From the NCBI GenBank assembly GCA_002269645.1, contig NIVC01001414.1, positions 62,001 to 126,000 of the forward strand: a stretch of DNA of 64,000 nucleotides, read 5' to 3'. This DNA comes from Macrostomum lignano. Taxonomy: Eukaryota. A program made the translations under genes and the position numbers. How positions within the stretch are numbered: position 1 is the first letter of the stretch; each line of letters opens with the position of its first letter. Positions 38,001 through 50,514 of this stretch are shown here, piece after piece. The notes under the pieces were generated by a model that worked only from the letters and a program-made list of their open reading frames with translations, was not told the origin of the DNA and made no database searches.

Positions 38001-38735
38001 TACAAGGACTATGGTCGCGAACTCTTTGCTGTATTCGTTGAAGTAACCCTGAGCACAATTATGCAAGTAAGTAGTCTTGCTAAGTTTTAATTTTTTCTGT
38101 AATACAAAGTACCACAGCCAACAGAACTATAATATGGTTTTTTGATGCCTAGTTTATATCTAAAGTATTTAACGATTCACGGGCTATTACCGTCGGAAAA
38201 ACGATTTTTGCGCAAAATCGGTGCCCAATCAGAGAAGAAAGCTACTTGTAGCGGAAGGGGTGCCCCTCAAATATAATCGCGCCATCAAAAGCCGCACACC
38301 AGAAAAACTGGCTGGGGTGTCCAGCTAGCGGCTAACCACGAGAATCACAGAAAGCAGCAATAATTAAAAGAAGATAACATTTAGTTTTCTTTAAGTTTTG
38401 AAGGCTCATTCTCCTTTAACCAATCTATAGCAATCCGAAATCACCGGCTCTGGTATTACTGCTAGTGTCAAGCCTTTAAAAATATCAAGAATAATTGGCC
38501 CAACAATATAGACGCTGCCACGCTGATTTTTGTACGCCAGGGGCGTCCTGTTGGGGAGATGCAGACTTGGGTTCAGTTCATTAAACACGCCACTTCAACA
38601 CAACACCTATGAGACAGTATTTAATCATGTATATATGCTTACGCTAGTAATGAAAATACCTTGTATATTTATCAGATCGTTTCGGGTGTCTACACGGTAC
38701 TGCTGCTCATGTACGGTCCCGAGACTAAAGACTAA
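35055..38735 (+). CDS. Tetraspanin B, ~262 aa (exons 35055-35321, 36566-36754, 37700-37888, 37983-38066, 38676-38735)
   Basis: Same five-exon, all-phase-0 structure as tetraspanin A; TPCCGFSG, PDQCC, shared LPPLFW N-terminus and YGPE C-terminus. Confidence 0.92.
35497..35975 (-). mobile_element. hAT-like GA-carrying MITE, inverted partial copy in intron 1 of tetraspanin B
   Basis: Reverse strand TTTTTTACCTTAAG..GGGCCAGGGAGAGAATCCAGCTCATGACTGCGGGTCAGA matches 13000-13050; the CT-rich tract at 35497-35885 is the GA interior. Confidence 0.6.
36880..37560. repeat. 37-bp intronic minisatellite (GTGATGTTGACTAATTGGAGCGTGAGAGCATGGTGAA)
   Basis: About 18 units; variants change progressively along the array. 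Confidence 0.95.
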
Positions 38736-40950
38736 AGCTTCATCAAGCTTCATCAAGCTTCATCGACATCAAATGAGCTTTTTTAAACTCGATCAAACGA
38801 GAACTGCTAAGAGGTTGCCTCGTCAAATGAATTTGCGAATATAAAGGTACCATTCTTATTTAGGTTGTTAACTAGGATTCTCCTAGATTTGTAAAGGCTG
38901 TGGCACTGCTATAGTTTACAACTTCAATATAAGTACATAAATGCATTCTACGATGCTTTCTGTTTAAACAACAAAGGATTCAATTGAAACGGTTCAATAT
39001 TAAATTACGTCACTGTCTATGCATCCTGCTTTACTTGGTAAAAAAAACTATAGCTCTTCGTTGCATTTTATGTAAAGCTTGATATAGAGAATATACTTTA
39101 ACGACGAATATTATTTCGTTAAAATACACGAGAGACTGTAGAAGGCTTGAATTTAGCATTTCTTCGATAGAATTTCCACTAAATATTACTTAATTTACAA
39201 ATATTGATAAATTAGCCGGCCTTTTCATTTATTTTATAGAATGGCGTTGATATCACAGCATCGCGTGAATATAGTTGCCTCAAGAACGACAAGTACATGT
39301 ATAGATGTTGTTTACAGTGGTCCTTGAGTTGCCCCAAGTACTACTTGAGTAGAATTAAGGACGCGTCACTCGAAATCTATGGTGAATGTTTAGAAGGCCA
39401 CTTTTCGACGAAACATACACTACACACGGAGATGGGAATTAAGTTTTCAGCACACAATTTGAACTACAGTATTGCTTTTGATAGGAGAGGCAGACCAAAT
39501 AAAAAATTAACACAGAAACATAAATATTCTGAACGAAAAGCTTTATGAATATCGATAGAGCTATAAGAAAGGCAGAAATTTTCAAAAGATGAACATTGGT
39601 TTTGCAGCGTCTTATCGAAAGCAGTAACAATTTTTGTGCAGAAAAATGAAAACTTCCTGTATCTCAGTAAGTGTATTTTTGGCAAAGAGTGGCTGTCAAA
39701 ACTTTGCCCATAAAACGTGAGTGTCACGTACTGTATATATGTTGCTTTAGTTGACCTTGAGTTGCCTAAGTATTGCATGCATATGTAAACGTAGCTTGGC
39801 GTCCAGTTGAACACTTGGAAATTTTAAATTATTATATAGATTTCGAACATTAGGGCTGTACAGATTAACTTATTAATCCAATTTTTATTGATAAATTGAA
39901 AGCGCATATTTATCGTGGTTTCTGTTTTAGACGCAAATCTGCGATCCCGAAAAAACAGCTTCGAACTCGATCGAAGCGACGAACTGTCCCGAAACGCGAT
40001 AATACCAAGAGAATTTGAATTTGTCCTTCATTTTATTATTGAAGCAAGTAATATAGCTATAATAAAGCAAGTTTAGTTTTCTTACAGTGAAAAAGTAAAA
40101 GGGTTAATTTTTGCACGTAGGGCGTTTTTATCTTTTGTTATACAGAAAAAAAGAAAAATACAGTTTAAATTTAAGACTTTAAAAGGCCGTCTCAAGGCGC
40201 GATAAATGAAAATTATTAATGTATCAATAACGGTATATAGGAAAAGTACCGTATACTAAGATATTGAGCAGAAAAATTATATGGAATGTCTCCCTTGACA
40301 TGCTAGTTCCATTAAAAGGTTATTAGAACATTCTGTTAAAAGTTGGGCCTCAGATGAAACTACAATAACAATATTTATTTTTAAGTTAATACAAATTACA
40401 ATGCCTTTTCCTTTAAATAGACTTGATAGACTTGATTTACATTAATGACTTTTACCTGGTTTTTATGCAATATAGTGTGCCCTAGGCTATTGATATTTGT
40501 AATCTACTATTTATCTTTTTGGCAATATTAGCTAGCTTAGCAAGCTTTTTATCATTATCTTGGAATGATAAATAATGGTTAAAAAATTCAAAATATTTTT
40601 GGTTGCCCCTAATAATTATTATTTGCATTAAATTGCATTGTAAATAGTATTATTAGGGACTTCATTGAGGGTCTTGTTATTTGCCATGGTAATATATATG
40701 CAAATATGAGTTTGAAGAAAAGCAATTTACTAATTAATAGTAGTAGTAGTATTGGTATTAGTATTAGTATTGGGTTTATATTTATATTGGTATATGCTAA
40801 TACTGAAAAATTGCAAGTACCCTTGTACACTAGATTCTGGTAAACACATCACCTTTCAAATTATAGAGCAAAGCTAATAACCCATTTTGGCAGTCCTATA
40901 GTTTTGCATATTAAATTATTTTTATTGAAAATAAGAAATCTGAAGTAACT

Positions 40951-41052
40951 TTAAGCTTTGTAAATGATTAAGCTTTGTAAATGATTAAGCTTTGTAAATG
41001 ATTAAGCTTTGTAAATGATTAAGCTTTGTAAATGATTAAGCTTTGTAAATGA
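40951..41052. repeat. 17-bp tandem repeat (TTAAGCTTTGTAAATGA)
   Basis: Six units. Confidence 0.9.
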
Positions 41053-41213
41053 CAGAGTGTATAATAGGGAACAAATGTAACATCAAGTGTCTATTTTTGT
41101 TTTAAAATATATAAATGATATTAATGGATGTTATTAATAATGTGACATATAATAATATAGGAAGTTCCCAATTGCTGAAGGTCTTGTTCAGGAATAGGAA
41201 ATTATAGAATTAT

Positions 41214-42610
41214 CAGTGTTGGGCAAGTTACTCAAAAAAAGTAACTTGCGTTACTGTAACTTAAGTTACCACTTTTTAAAAAGTAACTTACGTTAGCCTA
41301 GTAACTTTATACAAAAACCTGGTAACTTTTAAGTTACCTCCGTTACTTACTTCCATTACCTATGTTTATTAACAAAATTTTCTGCTTTTTTTAACATTGC
41401 AAATGCGCTGGAACAGCACAAATGATTGCGAAAGCCAGGAGGAAGAATAAAACAACATTAATTTCAGTAACTGTATTAAATTTTAATCACTTTAGGCCCT
41501 TTCCGTAAAAAGAAGAGAAGCTGAAGGTCAGAAACGATAAAGGCAAAACGCAATTTAATTTTTAATAACATTATAAGTTATAATACACAAGGACAACTTA
41601 ACGTAACTTCAGTTGTCCTTGATAATACATCGCTTGTAATAAGTACCTGGCTTTACTCCACTCTATAGTCTGCTTTACTAGTCTTTTTATTTATTTTCAA
41701 TTATCATAATATTAAATTATTGTGCAGTGCAGTGCAGTGCCAGTGGACTTTAGTGGTGTAGCCAGGGAGGCCGCCTTAACAAGCGTTGGGGCGGCAACTT
41801 CACCCCACCTGCAAGACACCCCACCTGGGGGGTGGGGTTGGGCGTGGCGGGTACCAAAAACCATGAGGCGATTGAGTGCCTGCGGCGCTTAAATGAGTGC
41901 CTGCGGCGCTTAAATGAGTGCTTGCGGCGCTTAAATGAGTGCTTGCGGCGCTAAAATGAGTGCCTGCGGCGCTTAAATGAGTGCTTGCGGCGCTTAAATG
42001 AGTGCTTGCAGCGCTAAAATGAGTGCCTGCGGCGCTTAAATGAGTGCTTGCGGCGCTTAAATGAGTGCTTGCGGCGCTAAAATGAGTGCCTGCGGCGCTA
42101 AAAGTGGCAATAACATGAGGCATGGCCAGCCAGGCCAACCTGCCCCCCCCAATTAAAATTCCTGGCTACGTCGATCACTGAGTGGATTTGTGGAGACTAC
42201 AGATGAATTTCTTTCTTTGGTTGTTTGTTTCTAAGAACTAAACAAAATATTTTTATTAACTTAAAAACGAAAAGCAAAAATATTTTACCGAAAATAACAA
42301 AGTAAAAACATGTTTCAAGTATTTCTTTATTAATTACACCGTAATACCGTATGATATTATTCACTTAGTTTTGAATTTAGGAATGAAAAATGCTAAAAAT
42401 GTGACAACTGGAGTAATAGCTAAGCATATCAGTTTTAAATTTAAATATTGCGATTGTTGCAAAGTAACTGTAACGGACTTCCGAAATTTGAGTAACTTAC
42501 CGTTACTCCGTTACTAAAATAGGAAAGTAACTTGCGTAAGGAACGCTTTACGAAAAAGTAACTTGCGTTACCATTTGCAAGTTACTCGGTAACGGAAGTG
42601 CCCAACACTG
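41214..42610. mobile_element. Non-autonomous hAT element with perfect 8-bp TSD
   Basis: TIRs CAGTGTTGGGCA / TGCCCAACACTG; AGAATTAT at 41206-41213 and 42611-42618; subterminal GTAACTT/AAGTTAC motifs. Confidence 0.9.
41752..42179. mobile_element. Harbinger-like MITE nested in the hAT element and carrying a minisatellite
   Basis: Ends AGTGGTGTAGCCAGG / CCTGGCTACGTCGATCACT; internal AAATGAGTGC(C/T)TGCGGCGCT units at 41875-42100. Confidence 0.6.
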
Positions 42611-43444
42611 AGAATTATTCCTAGTGTTTTAGACAAAAATGTTAAATGATCATACATATACTCAACTCATATAGTGCCAATTATAAATATAAATAAAATA
42701 TTTTATAAAATTCAATTTTTAGGCCCTTTTGTTTTGTATGCTAAATATTTTCTTTACAAATTTGTTTCTATTTAGTTTAACTAAGTTTTTGTTTTATTTT
42801 ATTTAGTTTAGAAAGCTCTTTGACTTTTAGCCATTTGTTGCTATCAACTAATCTTAATGCAATAAGTATTTTAGTCCTAATGGCTATGTTCTAGAGTTTT
42901 GGAGCTTTAATGTTTAGTGATCTTGGTTAAGCTCAACTTTTGTAGTGCCTCTTATATCTATGCATAGGTCATTAACTTGGTATGTATTATGGTATGTATA
43001 CCTATAAGGTCAACTTATGCATGTGCATATCTTCTTGCAACTTATACTTGCTAAATATTCTTAGGTTATATATCATTGAAGAGTTATTCATTGATTGAAG
43101 GCATACTACTTTCAGCTTAAAAAATTTTTGATGCACAACTTACAATAATTTGTTTTTTTTAAACTATGAGTACATGCTTGCATTTTAACCATGACAAAAG
43201 TTTTAATAAAAATTCCATTTTTATACAGTACTAATAGTACTTTTCTTATTATAAACATTTGGAAATTTGTTGTTTTTTGCTTTACATTTTTGCTTTTTGT
43301 AATATTTTATTAAAAATATTGTGTTTTAAAAAGATTTTATTGTCATAATTGCAAACATCTTGCAAAAGGTCTTTTATTGTTGCAACTACAAAAAGTGATA
43401 TACCATTGGCATACCATAACAAAACAGGAATTTTTCTAAACACT

Positions 43445-43790
43445 GGGTTATAGCATAATGGTTAGAGTATTTGACTCATGTCTCAAAGGCTAAAGGTTCA
43501 ATTTGTGACCTACTTGGAAATATTTTTGTCTAAGCAAGACATTTCAATCTACCTAGCTTTAAAATTAGTATTAGCATTAGCTAGTAGACTAATTGAACTT
43601 AAAGGCATATGTGGTGACCCCCTAGTCCTTATAATGAGTAGCCATATATAGCCTTTAGATATGCTATCAGACTTAACTAAAAGTTCAAGGGTTCAATTCC
43701 TAACCCACTTGGAAAAATATTTCTTTGAGCAAGACACTTAGCTTTGAATTGTTTTAGTTCACCAAGCTATAAAAAGGATACCAGCATTAG
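43445..43790 (+). mobile_element. Two tandem, heavily C>T/G>A-mutated copies of SINE family 2
   Basis: Degenerate A box TAGCATAATGG (43451-43461) and B box GGTTCAATT; AGCAAGACA(C/T)TT core twice; aligns with 20210-20454. Confidence 0.65.
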
Positions 43791-44124
43791 CTAGGATACA
43801 CTATTATAGCCTAGGTCTGAATTATCCTCATACATGTGCAACTGCTAGCTGACCTGGCCAATCTAGCCGCTGTAAATTGTGGTGGACCAGGGATAAGTCG
43901 CAAAAATGCCCATCCCAAAGAATATAGACATAGTACTAATTAGATGATGATGCATTCAGCCCTTATTAGACAGTCATAGTTACTCCTGCTGGTTACCCAA
44001 AATTGCGTTAATGTTGCTCTAGAGTTTCTTTCACAGGTAAGTCACATTTTTGGTCAAAAAGTAAGTCGCATGGCCAGTGTAAATCAGGGGGGGGGGTTGC
44101 GCATGTATGACTATCCTAGATGCC

Positions 44125-44486
44125 AGGGGGGCTGTAGCCCAGTGGTAGCGCAGCTGCTCTAGTGTGCCAGCGACCCAGGCTCAATTCCAAGTGCAGTCAC
44201 ATTAATTTGGGGCTGAATTGGAATCTCAGCTTGGCTCTGCTCGTGCAATTAACGGCCTTGAGAGCCAACCCCCCAAGGCGCAATGAAGTGTACATGCCTA
44301 ACGATAATATAAAGTTAGGGCCGCTGTACACTCCTGTGTGATTGTGTGCCTGCGTATGTATCCGCGCGCTTGTATGCCTGCTCAGGGGAGTCGGCGGAAT
44401 GGGCAGTAATGCCTCTTGCCAGTTTTGTGCCAATGACATTTAAATTGCGCCAGGGTGCACACAACCCCCCTGCCTCTAAAAAAAAA
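44125..44486 (+). mobile_element. Full-length tRNA-derived SINE (family 1)
   Basis: A box TAGCCCAGTGG (44135-44145), B box GGCTCAATTCC (44178-44188), A9 tail, and 12-bp TSD ATCCTAGATGCC at 44113-44124 and 44486-44497. Confidence 0.9.
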
Positions 44487-44559
44487 TCCTAGATGCCTCT
44501 GTTTTCCCACACTAGACTATGCCAGTGTACTAGACTATACTTGAATTGCCAGGGGCTAA

Positions 44560-44730
44560 TTGCTGTTAGCAATAATGGCCATTGGCTATAATAAGGCTTG
44601 GGTAATTGAAGGTAGTATGGTGACCCCCTAATCCTTAAATGGAATAGCTATAGGCAACCTTTTGATGCATTACACAATAACTATAGCTAAGTTGTTAGTT
44701 TATCTGGCCTAAGTGGGGTAGGTATAATTA
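44560..44730 (+). mobile_element. Third hypermutated SINE family 2 fragment
   Basis: 44664-44699 aligns without gaps to the reverse complement of 20244-20279. Confidence 0.65.
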
Positions 44731-45946
44731 ATTATTCATTCTTATTTTTATTTCATACTAAGATTTGAAAAAATGGACTATTTGTTGCATTTAGTGACTT
44801 CTACTTCCTGGTAGTATATACAATATATATTTATTCCACTTTATTTACTAATAAAAATTAACCTATGTCAAATATATATATTTTATTTAATTGAAATACA
44901 TTACTTTTCTATTAACTAGAAGCTTTAGTCAATGAAAAGGTAGATGCATAAAAGTGGAATTTTCACCTAATAAAAAATTAATATGTTTAGTAAGTGCTTT
45001 CTTATAAGTCACTTATAGTTTAAATTTTATATAACCTTCCACCTTCAGATTATTAACATTTAACATGGTCTTAAATTAAGCTAAATTAGCTTTTGACCTT
45101 CTATAGTCACTCTTGTTAGTTTATTTAGAAAATGATATTTTAAAAGAAAAAGTCCCCATCTTGAAAGCTAGCTATCTAACCTGAAAGATATCAGAATCCC
45201 CTATGAGCCCTTCAATACTTGGCTTACCAATAACTCCCATTAGACACTTGGCATTGATGCAACCTCTATCCCTAAGCTAAAAACATTTGAGCAACAACCC
45301 TTATGAGCCTTGACATCTCAGCAATTCCCCTATGAGTTTCATACTTTACAGGGCACTTCTGTGTATATGGTTAAACCCAAGCCTTGCTTAGAACCTATGA
45401 AGGACTAAGTAGGTATATGAGAGGATCTTTTCTATATAAAGACTTTCTATATAAAGACTAATATAGAAAGACTATATCTAATGCCATGGAATATTCTATT
45501 CCTAAAAACTTCCTCAAAAGTTTATTATAGTTTATTGTGATCTAATTTCTGAGGCTAAGAGTTAGTTTCTGACATTTTATTACCCAAAATACTAATTTAA
45601 CTATAACTATATTCTATAGTCCAGTCTTGTCCTAATGCATACTACTAATAGTGATAGTAGTAGCTCTTTCGTTTCTTTATAGACTGTTAGATTAAGATTC
45701 CTTTATGAATCGAAATATTCTTTGGAAAGAAAGAAGTTAATCTAGAATGCTGATTTAGAGGGGTACAGACATTTCAAGTTGCAGTTTTCTCTGCATTTTT
45801 AGATTTATGAAGTGAATTTGTCAGGGTGATTAATCGTTTCCGGGATGCAAATAAATTTTCTTCATTCCGCTTTAGTTTTCTCGGCTTTGATTTGTTGGAA
45901 AGTTTTTATCGCTGACAGCAGCTCACGGAGAACCAACAGAGAGAGT

Positions 45947-46770
45947 CATGATGATCCTCTCACCTGCCTCATGATCTTCTCACCTGCCTCATGATCTTCT
46001 CACCTGCCTCATGATGATCCTCTCACCTGCCTCATGATCCTCTCCCCTGCCCCATGATCCTCTCACCTACCTCATGATCCTCTCACCTGCCTCATGATCC
46101 TCTCACCTGCCTCATGATCCTCTCCCCTGCCCATGATCCTCTCACCTGCCTCATGATGATCCTCTCACCTGCCTCATGATCTTCTCACCTGCCTCATGAT
46201 GATCCTCTCACCTGCCTCATGATCCTCTCCCCTGCCCCATGATCCTCTCACCTGCCTCATGATCCTCCCACCTGCCTCATGATCCTCTCACCTGCCTCAT
46301 GATCCTCTCACCTGCCTCATGATCCTCCCACCTGCCTCATGATCCTCTCACCTGCCTCATGATCCTCCCACCTGCCTCATGATCCTCCCACCTGCCTCAT
46401 GATCCTCTCACCTGCCCCATGATCCTCTCACCTGCCTCATGATGATCCTGTCACCTGCCTCATGATCCTCTCCCCTGCCCATGATCCTCTCACCTGCCTC
46501 ATGATCCTCTTCCCTGCCCCATGATCCTCTCACCTACCTCATGATCCTCTCACCTGCCTCATGATCCTCTCCCCTGCCCCATGATCCTCTCACCTGCCTC
46601 ATGATCCTCTCCCCTGCCCCATGATCCTCTCCCCTGCCCCATGATCCTCTCACCTGCCTCATGATGATCCTCTCACCTGCCTCATGATCTTCTCACCTGC
46701 CTCATGATCCTCTCACCTGCCCCATGATCCTCCCACCTGCCTCATGATCCTCTCAACCTTCATCATGATC
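45947..46770. repeat. 20-bp minisatellite (ATGATCCTCTCACCTGCCTC)
   Basis: About 40 units, some with an extra ATG. Confidence 0.97.
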
Positions 46771-47469
46771 ATGAAAGAGTACTTCATCATCCTATTAATC
46801 CTGCCTTATTGACCATCATTTTTGGATAGATGTTTTCTGATAGAATTAAAAATACCTGTAGATTCATACTGCTGAGGAAAAGCCTGTCGTGTGGCTAGCA
46901 ATTTCGGTTTGTTTGCACCGCCCAAGAGGATCGCTAATAAGAAATTTGGCCCGATTATTAGGAAGACGAACAGAAAGCGCTCAAACTCAGCAGTATTATT
47001 AGTTTTTTGCGTTCCTCTCCTCTAATTCCTTTCCGTCTGGGATTTTAATATTCCATCACTTCCATTACCCTCGGGGGCCTGTCCGCCTTTCATCTTGCCG
47101 CCATTTCTCTACCTCTGGTGACTTTGTAGCCATAGTCCATAGGCTTGGATTAGCCTTGCCTACTTAGCTCTGCGTGATACAATTCTGAAACTGTCTCCTC
47201 AATCTATAACTTAGCTCCGTGGTCTCATCATTTTTTCCTAGATGCTGAAAAAATGAAAAAATAGAATAAGGAAATCATTCCGTCTTTTTGTAACCGATTT
47301 GAGCCAAATAAGCATTTTGAATCTTTTGTTGAGAAGAGGTTTAATTTTTTATGACGTATTAACTATAGATCGTAATCTTATTATAGATTTCAATTTCAAT
47401 AATACATAACTTCAAGCCGGTTTTGTATGGTGTGTTTATTACAGCAAAAAATTGGCTTTTCTCCTTCAG

Positions 47470-49782
47470 GGTGCCAAAATGCCTGTGTCACCAAACTGAG
47501 TGCCTGTAGTGCCAAAATGAATGCCTGTAGCGCCCAGATGAGTGCCTGTAGCGCCAAATGTGTCTGTAACGCCAAACTGAGTGCCTGTCTGTGGCGCCAA
47601 AATGAGTGACTGTAGCGCCAAACTGAGGGCCTGTAGCTTCAAAATGAGGGCCTGTAGCGCCAAACTGAATGCCAGTAGCGCCAAAATGAGTGCATTTAGC
47701 GCCAAAATGAGTGCCTATAGCGCCTAAATGAGTGCATTTAGTGCCAAAATGAGTGCCTGTAGCGCCAAAATGAGTGCCTGTAGCGCCAAAATGAGTGTCT
47801 GTAGCGCCAAAATGAGTGCCTGTAGCGCCAAAATGAGTGCATTTGGTGCCAAAATGAGTGCATTTAGCGCTAAACTGAGTGCCTGTAGCGCCAAGCTGAG
47901 TGCCTGTAGCGCCAAAATGAGTGCCTGTCTGTGGCGCCAAACTGAGTGCCTGTAGCGCCAAAATAAGTGCCTGTCTGCGGCGCCAAACTGAGTGCCTGTA
48001 GCGCCAAAATAAGTACCTGTCTGTGGCGCCAAACTGAGTGCCTGAGTGTCTGTAGCGCCGAAATAAGTGCCTGTCTGTGGCGCCAAACTGAGTGCCTGAG
48101 TGTCTGTAGCGCCAAAATAAGTGCCTGTCTGTGGCGCCAAACTGAGTGCCTGAGTGTCTGTAGCGCCAAAATAAGTGCCTGTCTGTGGCGCCAACTGAGT
48201 GCCTGTAGCGCCAAAAAAAGTGCCTGTCTGTGGCGCCAAACTGAGTGCCTGAGTGTCTGTAGCGCCAAAATAAGTGCCTGTCTGTGGCGCCAACTGAGTG
48301 CCTGTAGCGCCAAAAAAGTGCCTGTCTGTGGCGCCAAACTGAGTGCCTGAGTGTCTGTAGCGCCAAAATAAGTGCCTGTCTGTGACGCCAACTGAGTGCC
48401 TGTAGCGCCAAAAAAAGTGCCTGTCTGTGGCGCCAAACTGAGTGCCTGAGTGTCTGTAGCGCCAAAATAAGTGCCTGTCTGTGGCGCCAACTGAGTGCCT
48501 GTAGCGCCAAAATAAGTGCCTGTCTGTGGCGCCAAACTGAGTGCCTGAGTGCCTGTAGCGCCAAAATAAGTGCCTGTCTGTGACGCCAACTGAGTGCCTG
48601 TAGCGCCAAAATAAGTGCCTGTCTGTGGCGCCAAACTGAGTGCCTGAGTGCCTGTAGCGCCAAAATAAGTGCCTGTCTGTGGCGCCAAACTGAGTGCCTG
48701 TAGCGCCAAAAAAGGTGCCTGTCTGTGGCGCCAACTGAGTGCCTGTAGCGCCAAAATAAGTGCCTGTCTGTGGCGCCAACTGAGTGCCTGTAGCGCCAAA
48801 ATAAGTGCCTGTCTGTGGCGCCAAACTGAGTGCCTGAGTGCCTGTAGCGCCAAAATAAGTGCCTGTCTGTGACGCCAACTGAGTGCCTGTAGCGCCAAAA
48901 TAAGTGCCTGTCTGTGGCGCCAAAGTGAGTGCCTGTAGCGCCAAAATAAGTGCCTGTCTGTGGCGCCAAACTGAGTGCCTGTAGCGCCAAAATAAGTGCC
49001 TGTCTGTGGCGCCAACTGAGTGCCTGTAGCGCCAAAATAAGTGCCTGTCTGTGGCGCCAAACTGAGTGCCTGAGTGCCTGTAGCGCCAAAATAAGTGCCT
49101 GTCTGTGACGCCAACTGAGTGCCTGTAGCGCCAAAATAAGTGCCTGTCTGTGGCGCCAAAGTGAGTGCCTGTAGCGCCAAAATAAGTGCCTGTCTGTGGC
49201 GCCAAACTGAGTGCCTGTAGCGCCAAAATAAGTGCCTGTCTGTGGCGCCAACTGAGTGCCTGTAGCGCCAAAATAAGTGCCTGTCTGTGGCGCCAAAGTG
49301 AGTGACTGTAGCGCTAAAATAAGTGCCTGTCTGTGGCGCCAAAGTGAGTGACTGTAGCGCCAAAATGAGTGCCTGTCTGTGGCGCCAAAGTGAGTGACTG
49401 TAGCGCCAAAATAAGTGCCTGTCTGTAGCGCCAAAATGAGTGCCTGTAGCGCCAAAATAAGTGCCTGTCTGTGACGCCAACTGAGTGCCTGTAGCGCCAA
49501 AATAAGTGCCTGTCTGTGGCGCCAAACTGAGTGCCTGTAGCGCCAAAATAAGTGCCTGTCTGTGGCGCCAAACTGAGTGCCTGTAGCGCCAAAATAAGTG
49601 CCTGTCTGTGGCGCCAAACTGAGTGCCTGTAGCGCCAAAATAAGTGCCTGTCTGTGGCGCCAAACTGAGTGCCTGAGTGCCTGTAGCGCCAAAATAAGTG
49701 CCTGTCTGTGGCGCCAAAATGAGTGACTGTAGCGCCAAAATAAGTGCCTGTCTGTAGCGCCAAAATGAGTGACTGTAGCGCC
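47470..49782. repeat. GCGCCAAAATGAGTGCCTGTA-family satellite, monomeric then dimeric
   Basis: 21-bp monomers to about 47920, then alternating 25-bp and 21/29-bp subunits. Confidence 0.97.
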
Positions 49783-50514
49783 TGTAAGAGTAAGGCTGTG
49801 TAAGACAGGAGGGCACACACACACACACACACTATGAACCGTAATGGAACTCAATGGTGGATTCAACAAGTTATGTAATTATGAAACATAACTGTATACA
49901 AGGCTATACAGTTATGTAATTATGAAACAATAAAGACAAAGTTGCCGCTTAGAGAAAGAGCTAACATGGTTGATACTCCTGTGGATTTTTCAATCTAATT
50001 TGGTGCTTTCTAAAGGCTTGTTCTGTGTCCCGGGCATAGCTACGAGCGAGGTCAGGCCCTACAAATACTCCCGACTGCGGCCTTTGAACTTTACGCGTTT
50101 AAGTTTGAGCTTGAAAGGAGAGGGAATACTTCTTTATAAAGCTGAGCTAATGCCTTATTGGCACAGTTTTAGTGTCGTGTTGCATTTCTTGCACAAACAG
50201 CGCGGTGCGGACTATGAACGAGTAGGTCTGGTTTGAACTTGTTTATCCAGTTAATATTCCGACAAGATCTTCTGTATAAAATTTCTTTGAAATTTAGACT
50301 TGTTTAAAACCCAATCTGTCTCTCTTTCTCTTCTGTTTCAATTTTGTGGATGCTAGCAAATAAAGGCGTCCCAATTTTGTTTGCTTAGTGACAGGTCTTG
50401 TCTTGTGTCCTGTCGCTTGCTTCGCTTTTGAACTGGCGACTATTCACACAGTATGGCTCTCATTTACTTCAAATCTGAGAGACAATTGGCCATTTTTTAA
50501 TCGGGAATAAGGGT

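Noticed and set aside
44126-44198. tRNA gene (also 43445-43515)
   Set aside because: A/B boxes are present but the cloverleaf pairing is poor, and each continues into a SINE body; the 44.1-kb copy has an A tail and TSD.
47488-49869. 793-, 652- and 515-aa ORFs
   Set aside because: They are translations of a stop-free satellite in several frames, with no unique domain or gene signals.
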